NCBI GenBank assembly: GCA_965203665.1 | Contig: OZ241905.1 | Span: 174,275 to 238,274, forward strand | Length of the DNA: 64,000 nucleotides | Reading direction: 5' to 3' | Origin: Nitrospirales bacterium | GTDB taxonomy: Bacteria > Nitrospirota > Nitrospiria > Nitrospirales > UBA8639 | Shown here: one piece after another, positions 9,359 through 18,448 of the stretch | How the letters are laid out: each line of letters begins with the position of its first letter | How positions within the stretch are numbered: the stretch's first letter is position 1 | Translations under genes and position numbers: made by a program | The notes under the pieces: model-generated | Database searches by the model: none | What the model saw: the letters and a program-made list of their open reading frames with translations, nothing else | Told to the model about the DNA's origin: nothing

Positions 9359-9806
9359 CAACAATGCACAGGTAGACCGACAAAATCGTTCCTTCCACAG
9401 AGGAGCCCGATACGACATACGTTCCAGATTCCGGCTCCAGCTTCCACACTTGCGTCCTTCTTTCCCCACCTGCGTACCATTGTCCCCCTCTGCCACAGAG
9501 AGAACCTGAGGAGTGGGGCAGAGACCCTCACCCGCCATCCGCACTTGGGTTCGAACAGCGGAAGGCGTCAATTTTTCCAGCCATTGGCTTCCCCATACCA
9601 GGTGTTTTCTCTGGCACACTTATTGCTTGGGTTGTTCATGTTCAATAAAGTGACCGTGGGCTAAGCCGTGACTCGTCTTTCGTCCCATACACGAAAAAAC
9701 TTTTTCACGGAGGTCCGGTCCGCCGGGAGCACGAGGCTCCCGGCATGGGCCAAGGCTTGTATGGTTTGTTGATACCATATCCATGACGCAAAAAGGAGAT
9801 GCGAGG

Positions 9807-10241
9807 ATGTTTGAGAATCCATCGTTGATCACCCGAATCGCCATCGGAAAGGCCGTTGGCTTCTTGATCGGCCTCGCCGGGTTTGTTTTGCTACCCTGGT
9901 TTCTGCCTGAAGCGGGCTGGTTGATCCGATGGGGGATCCTGCTTTGGTATACCACGCTGGGAGCGATCATCGGGATGTTCGGTGTGTTCACCTGGCATCC
10001 CGTTTTGAAGCTGCCCATGCCTTGGTGGGTTCGCGCTCCGGTTATTGGGGCTTGGATGAATTTCGTCTTGACGTTTTTCGCCTACGACATGTTGAAACAG
10101 GCGATGGAGACCGTATTCGGTCTTGACGGCGTCCTCAGCTCGCCCTTCTGGTTCGTGGCCGAGGGCGCCGTTGTCGGTCTCATCATCGGCTATTGCGCGA
10201 CACGCTTCGGTGGCGAGGGGGTAGAAACCGCCGGCCGGTGA
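9807..10241 (+). CDS. integral membrane protein (4 predicted TM), unknown function
   Basis: Four hydrophobic stretches. ATG 9807 is preceded by AAGGAG (9793-9798); the alternative start is 9783. Confidence 0.6.
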   Translation: MFENPSLITRIAIGKAVGFLIGLAGFVLLPWFLPEAGWLIRWGILLWYTTLGAIIGMFGVFTWHPVLKLPMPWWVRAPVIGAWMNFVLTFFAYDMLKQAMETVFGLDGVLSSPFWFVAEGAVVGLIIGYCATRFGGEGVETAGR

Positions 10242-10276
10242 AGACGCCGGTGAACGGTCAGTTGCTGCCACAGTAG

Positions 10277-10322
10277 CGGGTGCTCAAGGAAGGAAAAACC
10301 AAAGGCCGTCAACGGGTGGTTC
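10277..10322 (+). pseudogene. 46-nt fragment of a paralogue of the 8672..8989 lipoprotein gene
   Basis: 'gtgctcaaggaaggaaaaaccaaaggccgtcaacgggtggttcag' versus 8878-8923 'gtgctcaaggaagggcaaaccaaaggccggcaacgggtggtcgag'. It encodes VLKEGKTKGRQRVV and is cut off where the antitoxin gene ends. Confidence 0.45.
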
Positions 10323-10653
10323 AGGCAATTGCCTGCAAGCCCTTCTCCTGAACCAGCGTCAGAAGTTTGAGAGAGGCGCCGGCAGGATGTTTCTCTCCGC
10401 GCTCCCACTGGCTGATAAGACCCGTCGAAACGTTCAGGTAGAGAGCGAACACGGCTTGGCTCACGCGCTCGCGTTCACGGAGCGCCCGAATGTCATCCGC
10501 TTGCATCGCGCGCACCGGGGTGAGGCAAAGTTCATCGAACTTGCGCAGGGTGCGCTTATCCATGAGGCCAGCGTCGTGAAGATCGGATGCCGTCTCATGG
10601 ATTGCCCCGAGGGCGTTGCTTCGATATGTCTTTCTCATGACATGTTGCGCCAT
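10321..10653 (-). CDS. XRE-type HTH antitoxin (COG2944/YiaG-like)
   Basis: 'IRALRERERVSQAVFALYLNVSTGLISQWERGEKHPAGASLKLLTLVQEKG' is the pattern typical of this antitoxin class. The start is ATG 10653, or ATG 10638, which forms an ATGA overlap with the upstream toxin remnant. Confidence 0.7.
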   Translation of the reverse strand: MAQHVMRKTYRSNALGAIHETASDLHDAGLMDKRTLRKFDELCLTPVRAMQADDIRALRERERVSQAVFALYLNVSTGLISQWERGEKHPAGASLKLLTLVQEKGLQAIA

Positions 10654-10745
10654 TGGTCGTTGATGCGAATGGAATGGAAGCCCGAAAGCCGGCCGCTCAG
10701 TGCTTTGTATAGCATGGTTTTTGACGTTATGGCGGAGAGGGTGGG
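10635..10745 (-). pseudogene. HigB-like (plasmid-maintenance killer family) toxin remnant
   Basis: 'LSAITSKTMLYKALSGRLSGFHSIRINDQWR' matches the HigB core ('..L.G.R.G.HSIRINDQWRI.F'). However, about 20 C-terminal residues are missing, and the N-terminal part runs into tRNA-fragment/GC-rich filler. Confidence 0.45.
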
Positions 10746-10947
10746 ACATTCGAAGTCGCGCGGGGTCGCGCTCCCGCTAGGGGGCCAGGCCCCCTCGCGC
10801 CGCCGCTTCGCTTCGGTCACCCCGTGAAGGGGGCATACCCCCTTCAGAACCCCCGTTCGAATCCCACCCTCTCTCTTATTGCCTAGGGATGAGGTTTGGG
10901 CTCCATTGTGCATGATTCGGCTTTTTTCTATGGTGGCGGAGAGGGTG
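10730..10947. repeat. cluster of partial copies of the tRNA-Ser(CGA) 3' end (att-like remnants)
   Basis: 10730-10755 'tggcggagagggtggga(ca)ttcgaa' and 10934-10947 'tggcggagagggtg' are in the same orientation as 40851-40876. 10855-10876 'gttcgaatcccaccctctc' is an inverted copy. Confidence 0.6.
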
Positions 10948-11001
10948 TTCTGCAAACGATACGCGAAACCCCCATAAACAGGAGCGTTTCGCAGATCACG
11001 T

Positions 11002-11026
11002 CATGTGTGTTCCCAAGTTTGTTCCC
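11002..11026 (-). repeat. copy of the integrase 5' leader plus start codon (remnant of an older integrase gene?)
   Basis: 'catgtgTGttcccaagtttgttccc' equals 40676-40698 'catgtgttcccaagtttgttccc' apart from a 2-nt insertion. At 40676 this sequence is the ATG and 5' UTR of the integrase. Confidence 0.5.
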
Positions 11027-11469
11027 CCATCCGTCGGCGTGCCCCCCGCAGGATGGGACTCCGTGCGACGGGGCTCCTGTCAGGCTCTTGCTGCCAGACC
11101 TCGCTTTCACTGCGGAGGACGGGCCTCACGTCCCTGGTCCTGACGTGGCCACGACCCGTGGTCCGCAATCGTTTTGATCAGCGCGTCGTCGGCCGTGGGG
11201 GCTCGTCGGTCAAACGAATACGGGATCGGTGCTACTCTCTCCACCCAGCCGTCCCCCATAGTAGCAGCATTCCTATCGAAAGGGCTACCGGAAAACCGTC
11301 TGTCGCTCGCAATCTGTTGGCGTGCCCGCCATCAAACCCATGACGTTTGACCAGGTCGCCCCGTCGTTGTATCGGCCCATCGTCCAATGATGGGGCACTC
11401 CACGCGACGTGCATCTGTCCTTCCCATGCCATGTCGCGCCCCCTCCGAGTGTCCCCGCCATCCCGCGCC

Positions 11470-12036
11470 GTTTCTCTAGAGAAACGGGTTCGTAAATTCG
11501 GTCAACCTGTCGCCGCGCGGGACGCCCTGCTGGTGCCGGTTCACCGGAAATGCTCGCTGACCCGTCCTTCTTCTCGCCCCGTGTCCGGGGCGTACAGGGT
11601 CGATTCAGTGGTGAATTCACCGGTGACATGGCCGGTCGATCCGACCGACCGTGTGGTGAGCGGCCCCTCGGCGCTGGCCTGTTACGCTGCGAGGCGACGC
11701 TTGTGGAGGACGTGTGTCACCATGGCCGGTGGGAGGCGCCACTCCGATCACGACGTGCCGAGCCGCCGTCGGCACGTGAGCCCATCACGCTCCACGCACC
11801 GGTTCCTCCCGTTCCGTGTCGCTCTCCTCTCTCCCTGTCCTCCCCCATGCGGCGCAGTTTCTCAGGGAAACCGGTTGGTAAATTCCGGCAACCTGCCGTC
11901 GCCGCGCGGGACGCCCGGACGGGCCGGGCACCCCCCATTCTACCCCTGATTCTACCCCGCACCGGTGTCCGGGGTAGAATCAGGGGTGAATTCACCGGTG
12001 ACATGGCCGGTCGGTCCGACCGCCCGTGTGATGAGC
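11470..12036. repeat. two structured repeat units ~380 bp apart in a G+C-rich non-coding stretch
   Basis: Block 1 is 11470-11526 versus 11857-11916 (palindrome GTTTCTC..GAGAAAC + 'GTAAATTC(C)GG(T)CAACCTG..CGCCGCGCGGGACGCC'). Block 2 is 11610-11661 versus 11985-12036 ('GGTGAATTCACCGGTGACATGGCCGGTCGRTCCGACCG.CCGTGTG.TGAGC', 3 mismatches). A hairpin lies between the blocks in both units. Confidence 0.6.
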
Positions 12037-12763
12037 TGCCCCCGGCCGGTCCTGGCCGGGCGTCGGGAGCGCCGCCGCCCGGCGGAGGCTCCGCCTCTTT
12101 GCGAAACGCGCCGCTGGACGCGGCTTTTGCGCAAATTCACCGGCGGGGCCTGGGAGCGCCCGGCCCCGCCCAGGGGGGTCCCCTCTGGCACCACGCCCCC
12201 CGCTGGACGCGGGAGGACCTGGGCCATTCACCCCGCTGCGCTGTCCCGGCTGTTGCGAGGGGTCGCAAGCCGTGACCAACCCCAAGGGAACCCTCATTTT
12301 CACTCGGGTTCTCGCCGCTGGACGCGGCTCAGTCTTGGGGTTGGTCACGGCTCGCTCCTTCGGCACACGGTAGCGCCCAGTTTCCCGCATTTTAGGGCCG
12401 CGTGTCGCGGCACTTTTTTGACGCGTGTTCGCGAGCCGGGACAGCGCAGCCGACCAACCCGTGAGGCGTCGCTGGGGCTCGGCCTCACGTCGCCTCCGCC
12501 TGGGGGCCGAGGCGTTGGTCTTCCGGTCGCACGTTTCACCGTCTCGGGACGGTGGTGCCGTGCTCGTTCACGTCGGATTGAGGGATCCACGTGAACCGCA
12601 TCGGCGGCAGGTCCGCTGGGGCTACCCTGACCGCCTGACTCGATTTGGGAATCGAGTCTGCGCCGGTGGCAATGTCGGTGACGACACCCTCGACATTCTC
12701 CCCCAAAATTGGTGTCCCCTCAGCCCATAACGGACGTTGAATGGTCGTTTCAGGGAGGAAAGA

Positions 12764-13951
12764 TTAGTCCGAATGGAATAATGCAGCCTTTGATAGTTTG
12801 TCCAGTGCGTTCTCAATATAGCTGACGGCATTTTCAACGTCTTCGTCAGTTGTACTGAAGCCAAGGCTAAAGCGAATCGAGGATTCAGCTTCGTCACCAT
12901 TGAGACCGATGGCTTTCAGAACATGCGACGGTTCAGGGATGCGGGATGTGCAGGCGGAACCGGTCGATGCCGCCAGATATGGTTGTAAAGAATTAAGGAT
13001 GTCATGAGCCGAAAACCCGACAAACTGGATGTTCGCGTTACCGGGATGCCGAGCTTGTCCTTTTGGCCCATTCAACTTAATCGGCCACGGTAAATCCTTG
13101 AGTCTTTCAACGAAGGCATCGCAGCGATTGCGTAAAAGCGAGCGGTTTCCTTCGGACTCTACGGTGCTTAGGATGTCCGCAGCCGTGCCCATTCCCACAC
13201 AAAGCGCAACGGGGATCGTCCCGGATCGCAGGCCATTCTGTTGCCCGCCGCCATAAAACAACGGCTCGATATGATCCTGAAACGCGCGCGCGACATAGAT
13301 GACCCCAATGCCTTGAGGCCCATACATTTTGTGCGATGAAAGGCTAATAATATCTGCGTATTGCGCAAAAGAATCCATGTTCATCGCGGTGGGTGCTTGC
13401 ACAGCATCGCAATGAACAACGGTGCCATGACCTCTGACGAGTTCGGAAATTCTCTCTATGTTCTGAATTGTTCCGATCTCGTTATTGACGGCCATGATCG
13501 ATACAGCGAGCACATCATCAGCGAGAGCGTCCTCCAGAGCAGAAAACTGAACAAAACCTTCATTATCAACAGGTATGTGTTCTACAGTATAGCCGAATTG
13601 CTGTTGGAGAATGCGACCGACAGCGAGGACACATTTGTGTTCAATCGCGCTGACTAGGATACGGCGGCGTTTGCTGCCAGCCACGTGGCGAGCTAGGCCT
13701 AGCAAAGCCAGATTGTTCGACTCTGTTGCTCCTGACGTAAACATAATTTCATCAGGATCAGCACCGATCAATCGCGCCAAGCGGGTGGCTGCTTGTTCGA
13801 CAGCTTGTGCAGATGCCCACCCAATACAGTGATCCGATGAATGCGGATTGCCAAACGACTCGGTAAAGTACGGGGTCATTTCTTCAAAAACACGTACATC
13901 AACCGGTGTGGTTGCCTGATGATCAAGATAAATAGTCTTACGAATTTTCAT
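12764..13951 (-). CDS. sspA: class-V aminotransferase, cysteine desulfurase (IscS/NifS-like); SspA/DndA-type role by context
   Basis: 'LDHQATTP', PLP-lysine context 'SLSSHKMYGPQGIGVIY', and active-site Cys loop 'STGSACTS'. It is divergently transcribed from the DUF4007-ATPase-PP-loop operon. Confidence 0.8.
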   Translation of the reverse strand: MKIRKTIYLDHQATTPVDVRVFEEMTPYFTESFGNPHSSDHCIGWASAQAVEQAATRLARLIGADPDEIMFTSGATESNNLALLGLARHVAGSKRRRILVSAIEHKCVLAVGRILQQQFGYTVEHIPVDNEGFVQFSALEDALADDVLAVSIMAVNNEIGTIQNIERISELVRGHGTVVHCDAVQAPTAMNMDSFAQYADIISLSSHKMYGPQGIGVIYVARAFQDHIEPLFYGGGQQNGLRSGTIPVALCVGMGTAADILSTVESEGNRSLLRNRCDAFVERLKDLPWPIKLNGPKGQARHPGNANIQFVGFSAHDILNSLQPYLAASTGSACTSRIPEPSHVLKAIGLNGDEAESSIRFSLGFSTTDEDVENAVSYIENALDKLSKAALFHSD

Positions 13952-14072
13952 TATTTTTCAACGTAATAGATAAGAAGACTCAGAATTCTTGGCTCAAGAC
14001 TGATGTGGTTGTTTGCTGGATGATTGATCCAGTTACGGTTGACTATAGCATAGCACTTGGGCTACAGTCCAC

Positions 14073-14089
14073 CTGGAGGAATCCTCCAG
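14073..14089. promoter_or_regulatory. perfect palindrome CTGGAGGA-A-TCCTCCAG overlapping the sspB ribosome-binding region
   Basis: 8-bp arms located 15 nt upstream of ATG 14104 in the divergent sspA/sspB intergenic region. It is a candidate operator or RBS-sequestering hairpin. Confidence 0.3.
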
Positions 14090-14103
14090 CAGCCTAATGA
14101 AAC

Positions 14104-15048
14104 ATGGCAAGCGGACCATTATATCAGAATGGCTATACCCCGCAGTTTTCTGGGCATGAAACCTTCCCGCTTCGTTATGGGTGGCTGAAGAAGGCGTTCG
14201 ATCGCGTCGCCCAAACCAAAGACATATCCGATAACAGAGGGGCTTGTTGGGACGATGACGCCATTGCCCAATTCGGTGTCGGCAGAAACATGGTCGCGTC
14301 CATGCGTTATTGGGCAAAAGCGACCCGAATTATCGAGGAGACGGGAACGAATTCGGTATTGCCAACGAAACTTGGCCATAAGCTATTCGGACCGAAGGGG
14401 CTCGATCCATATATGGAACATCCCGCTACACTCTGGTTGATCCATTGGCAATTGGCATCCCGAGTTGAAAAAACGACCTGGTTTTGGGCCTTCAGCCACT
14501 ATCCGGCAATTACGTTCGACCGCGACAATCTCGTGAAGAAACTCGAGCGGCTCGCGAAGGAACGTGCGTGGTCGCGAGTTGCCAATACGACAATTAAAAA
14601 CGATGTGGCATGCTTCATTCGGACGTACGTGGCGCGGCAGCCTTCAGGGAAAATTGGACACGACGATGCGCTTGAGTCGCCCCTGACGGAGTTGGGACTC
14701 ATCAAGGCAATCGGCAAGAAAGATGGATTCCGTTTTGTGCGCGGCCCGAAGACCACATTGGGCGACGGCATTTTCGTCTATGCATTGATCGATTTTTGGT
14801 GGCGCTATTCCTCAGTAGCCACACTGTCGTTTGAGGCTGTCGCACACGCACCTGGAAGCCCGGGACGCGTGTTTTTGTTTGACGAAAACGATGTGGTGGA
14901 CCGCCTTGCTACCCTCGAAGACGTAACCCGTGGTGCGCTGAGATGGTCCGAGACTGCCGGGTTAAAGCAAGTGGTGCGCAACATGGATATCAGCGAAGAT
15001 GTCGCACTTTCCTATGTGCCAAGCGATTATGGCAAACGTGCCGAATAG
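14104..15048 (+). CDS. sspB: DUF4007-family protein (SspB-like, phosphorothioation nickase by analogy)
   Basis: The N-terminus 'FSGHETFPLRYGWLKKAFD' is the hallmark start of DUF4007 as I recall it. The gene is followed by a large ATPase and a PAPS-reductase-like gene. Confidence 0.75.
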   Translation: MASGPLYQNGYTPQFSGHETFPLRYGWLKKAFDRVAQTKDISDNRGACWDDDAIAQFGVGRNMVASMRYWAKATRIIEETGTNSVLPTKLGHKLFGPKGLDPYMEHPATLWLIHWQLASRVEKTTWFWAFSHYPAITFDRDNLVKKLERLAKERAWSRVANTTIKNDVACFIRTYVARQPSGKIGHDDALESPLTELGLIKAIGKKDGFRFVRGPKTTLGDGIFVYALIDFWWRYSSVATLSFEAVAHAPGSPGRVFLFDENDVVDRLATLEDVTRGALRWSETAGLKQVVRNMDISEDVALSYVPSDYGKRAE

Positions 15049-15058
15049 AGGCTAACTG

Positions 15059-18000
15059 ATGGCATTAAACGAACGGGTCCGTATAGCTCGTCGCTTCCTG
15101 AGGTCGATTCGCATAGATGCCGATCTCGGCAACACGATGGCACTGGAAGGGTTCGTGTGTCCGCAGTCGTCCGCAGACGTGCTCATGACCATGGCACGTT
15201 GCGTCTCGGAAACAGGACAAGGGGCATTCACATGGACCGGGCCATACGGCAGCGGCAAGTCAAGCCTTGTGGTCGCACTTAGTGCCTTGTTGAATGGCAA
15301 TCCAGCTTTACAGAAAGAGGCGACGAAAGTTTTCGGGCAGAAGCTGACAAAAACCGTATGGTCTGCGTTGCCCACAGGCACAAAAGGATGGCGGGTGGTC
15401 CCGGTCGTTGGGAGACGTACCAATCCGGTCACGATCATCGGAGAATCCGTTCAGAAAGTAGGATTAGTCTCGCGGGTACCTCGCGGTGGATGGACCGAGA
15501 GCAATCTGATTGCCACACTGACAGACCTTGCAGCAGGTAAGCCCAAAATGTATGGCGGGCTTATTCTTTTTATCGACGAGATGGGGAAATTGCTCGAAGC
15601 AGCCGCACAGGACGGCGCCGACATCTACGTGCTCCAACAACTAGCCGAAGCTGCATCGCGGAGCAACGGCCGTTTTCTTGTCGTGGGCGTGCTGCATCAG
15701 GCGTTCGACGAATACGCCCATCGCCTGTCGCACGAGATGCGTGACGAGTGGGCGAAGATTCAGGGGCGTTTCATCGATCTCATTGTCAACGCCGCAGGTG
15801 AAGAGCAAATCGACTTACTCTCGCGCGCGATAGAAAGCGATCATCGTCCGAAAGAGCCGGGCACATTAGCATCCAGAGTCGCCGCCTTCGCATGCCGCGA
15901 ACGGGCTAATGACGCGGCACGGCTAGCGGTGATGCTGGAGGCATGCTGGCCGTTGCATCCCGTTGTCGCTTGCTTACTTGGACCTATATCGCGACGACGA
16001 TTCGGACAAAACCAACGAAGTATATTCGGTTTCCTGAATTCATCAGAACCGCACGGCTTTCAGGATTTTCTCAAACACGCCGGGAACGGCGAGTTATATG
16101 GCCTAGACCGCCTTTGGGATTACCTTCGCGCGAACCTAGAGCCGTCCATTCTAGCTTCGCCCGACGGCCACCGGTGGGCCTTGGCAGCAGAAGCGCTTGA
16201 GCGCTGCGAGGCGAGTGGCGGCGACATGCTGCACATTAAGCTGCTCAAGACAGTTGCGGTTATCGATCTTTTCAAGGAGAGATCGGGCCTTGTTGCAAAT
16301 TCGGACCTGCTACAAACGTGTTTCCCCGAAACAGTAGGGACTGTGCTAGAGAAAGCGTTGACGCAACTCGATAACTGGTCATTTACGATCTTCAAGAAGT
16401 TTCTTGGCGCCCGCGCCATCTTTGCCGGCAGTGATTTCGACATCGATCAGGCGGTCCGCACGGCCCTCGATGATATTGATGCCGTGGGCTTCAAGGAACT
16501 CAAATCCCTCGCCGGTCTTCAGCCAATACTTGCTAAACGGCACTATCACGAGACAGGCACCTTACGGTGGTTTGACGTAAACATCGTTCCGGTGAGTGGC
16601 CTCGTCGAATCCGCGACCAACCTCGCGACAGAGAACGGTACGGTCGGTCAGTTTCTGTTGGCGATCCCGACTGAGGGGGAAACCGAAGATTATGCTGAAG
16701 ATCTGTGTCGAAAAGCGGCAAGGTGCAGCGAAGCATGGGACATCGTGGTCGGGATTTCGAGACGGTCCTGGGCCATCGTTCCCTTGGCCCGTGAGTTGTT
16801 TGCACTCGATCACGTCAGCAACGATCACCCGGAACTTGCCGGCGATGCCGTCGCACGGCGGGAAGTCTCCGCCCGCCTCGCGACCTTGCAGGCGCTCCTA
16901 GAGGCGGAACTGCAGACGGCATTTGACAATGCGCTGTGGTTTAGAAAAAACCATCAGCCCAAACACTTGCGGCAGGCTGATTTGAACGGCATCGCGTCCG
17001 AATTGGCTGATCGCCGCTTCCAGCAATCGCCCGCTCTGCATAATGAGTTGTTGAACCGTCAGAAACCTTCAAGCAACGCCATCGCGGCACAGAATATCCT
17101 GTTGCGACGCATGGTCTTGAACGAAGGCGAACCACGTCTGAGTATTGAGGGGTTTCCTGCGGAGGGTGGCTTGTTCTCCTCTTTACTGGAAGCAACGGGA
17201 CTGTATGCACAAGACGGGAAGGGGTGGCGTTTCCGTCCTCCAACGAATAGCGATGATCCTCACCGGCTCGCGCCAATGTGGGACGCGGCTTTCGAATTCG
17301 TGAAGAAGCACGGTAACCGTACAGTTGCTGTTGCCGAACTGTTCGATCTGTGGCGCAAGGCACCCTTCGGCGTCAAGGACGGGCTTATGCCGATTTTGGC
17401 AGTCGCCTTTGTGCTGTCGCAACGAGATAAACTCGCGGTCTATCGGAACGGCATTTTTAGGGCACGATTTGACGACGTGGATGTCGACTATCTCGCCAAG
17501 GACGCCGCCTTCATTCAATTGCGCTGGATGGACCTGACCGATGTCGCGCGTCGCCTGTTGTCAGGCATGGCAGACGTTGTTCGTCAACTCGATAGCACCA
17601 ATGACCTTGTTCATTTAGAGCCCATCGATGTCGGGCGTGGCCTTGTGGCGATCTACGATCATCTCCCAAAATGGACCACCCGGACGAGGCAGCTTTCCGC
17701 GAATGCGGTGAAGATTCGAGATCTATTCAAACGGGCGCACGATCCAAACCAGTTCTTGTTCGACGACATTCCAGGAACGCTCGGTGAAGATCTTTCCCTT
17801 GCCAACGATCAGGAACTGCGCCGCGTCATTGATAACGTTCATGACGGGTTGAAGGAATTGGTGCAGGCCTATCCATTAATGCTCTACCGCTTACGCGACA
17901 TCATGCTTGCGGAGTTGCAGGTGCCGAATGTTTCGCCTCAATCGCTAGCTGAGTTGCGCGATCGTGCTGAGAATATCAAACAACTCACCGGAGACTTCAG

Positions 18001-18448
18001 GCTTGACGCCTTAATCGGCAGACTCGCGCAGTTCGACGGTAGCGATGAGGGTGTTGAAGGGATAGCCAGTCTAGCTGCGAACAAACCGCCGTCCGACTGG
18101 GTTGATCCGGATCTCGACAACGCGGCGATGGAGATTGCCGACATGGCGCAGAAATTTCTCCGCGCGGAGACATACGCGCGCGTGAAGGGTCGCCCAGACA
18201 AACGGAATGCTATGGCGGTCGTCATCGGCATGGAAGGACGGCCCACACCGTTCCTAAAGGAATTTCATATTGCCGATTCAGATCGCGCCGCCGTCAACAC
18301 ACTCGTTGAGCGCATTGGGGCCACGCTTGAAGAAGCCGGTGTCGGCCAACGTAGCATCATTCTAGCGGCCCTCGCAGAAATGAGCGCACGGTACATGCAA
18401 AAGCCGACCCCGACGCAGCCGAACGGGAAAGGAAAAGTCGCGTCTTGA
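15059..18448 (+). CDS. sspC: large P-loop ATPase (SspC-like), 1129 aa
   Basis: Walker A 'GPYGSGKSS' and Walker B-like 'LILFIDEMGK'. There is a 10-nt gap after sspB and a 4-nt overlap with sspD. Confidence 0.75.
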   Translation: MALNERVRIARRFLRSIRIDADLGNTMALEGFVCPQSSADVLMTMARCVSETGQGAFTWTGPYGSGKSSLVVALSALLNGNPALQKEATKVFGQKLTKTVWSALPTGTKGWRVVPVVGRRTNPVTIIGESVQKVGLVSRVPRGGWTESNLIATLTDLAAGKPKMYGGLILFIDEMGKLLEAAAQDGADIYVLQQLAEAASRSNGRFLVVGVLHQAFDEYAHRLSHEMRDEWAKIQGRFIDLIVNAAGEEQIDLLSRAIESDHRPKEPGTLASRVAAFACRERANDAARLAVMLEACWPLHPVVACLLGPISRRRFGQNQRSIFGFLNSSEPHGFQDFLKHAGNGELYGLDRLWDYLRANLEPSILASPDGHRWALAAEALERCEASGGDMLHIKLLKTVAVIDLFKERSGLVANSDLLQTCFPETVGTVLEKALTQLDNWSFTIFKKFLGARAIFAGSDFDIDQAVRTALDDIDAVGFKELKSLAGLQPILAKRHYHETGTLRWFDVNIVPVSGLVESATNLATENGTVGQFLLAIPTEGETEDYAEDLCRKAARCSEAWDIVVGISRRSWAIVPLARELFALDHVSNDHPELAGDAVARREVSARLATLQALLEAELQTAFDNALWFRKNHQPKHLRQADLNGIASELADRRFQQSPALHNELLNRQKPSSNAIAAQNILLRRMVLNEGEPRLSIEGFPAEGGLFSSLLEATGLYAQDGKGWRFRPPTNSDDPHRLAPMWDAAFEFVKKHGNRTVAVAELFDLWRKAPFGVKDGLMPILAVAFVLSQRDKLAVYRNGIFRARFDDVDVDYLAKDAAFIQLRWMDLTDVARRLLSGMADVVRQLDSTNDLVHLEPIDVGRGLVAIYDHLPKWTTRTRQLSANAVKIRDLFKRAHDPNQFLFDDIPGTLGEDLSLANDQELRRVIDNVHDGLKELVQAYPLMLYRLRDIMLAELQVPNVSPQSLAELRDRAENIKQLTGDFRLDALIGRLAQFDGSDEGVEGIASLAANKPPSDWVDPDLDNAAMEIADMAQKFLRAETYARVKGRPDKRNAMAVVIGMEGRPTPFLKEFHIADSDRAAVNTLVERIGATLEEAGVGQRSIILAALAEMSARYMQKPTPTQPNGKGKVAS

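Noticed and set aside
9535-9565. A 'GGGTTCGAACAGCGG' T-loop-like motif that might suggest a tRNA.
   Set aside because: I could not fold an acceptor stem or anticodon arm from the surrounding sequence.
9254-10018. Minus-strand ORFs 9254..9619 and 9620..10018.
   Set aside because: They have no motifs and odd composition. The second overlaps the better-supported membrane-protein gene on the + strand. Region 9359-9780 is left as intergenic.
10635-10955. The 106-aa minus-strand ORF read as an intact gene.
   Set aside because: Only its last ~35 residues look like a HigB core. The rest reads through tRNA-fragment and GC-rich filler sequence. I therefore annotated only a toxin remnant.
11440-12060. 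Possible CRISPR array, because of the repeated blocks.
   Set aside because: There are only two long (~200-nt) diverged units about 380 bp apart. There are no short, regularly spaced identical repeats, and no cas genes in the window.
11005-12594. Overlapping 90-240-aa ORFs on both strands in the G+C-rich stretch (e.g. 11550..12275, 11965..12594, 11992..12390).
   Set aside because: All frames are open simultaneously. Products are Arg/Pro/Gly/Ala-rich with no motifs, and the DNA consists of repeats and palindromes. I treat the region as non-coding.
12740-12775. 'GGGAGGAAAGATTAGTCCGAATGG', which resembles the RNase P RNA 'GAGGAAAGTCCGGGC' box.
   Set aside because: It carries an insertion within the box, has no other RNase P conserved regions nearby, and overlaps the sspA stop region.
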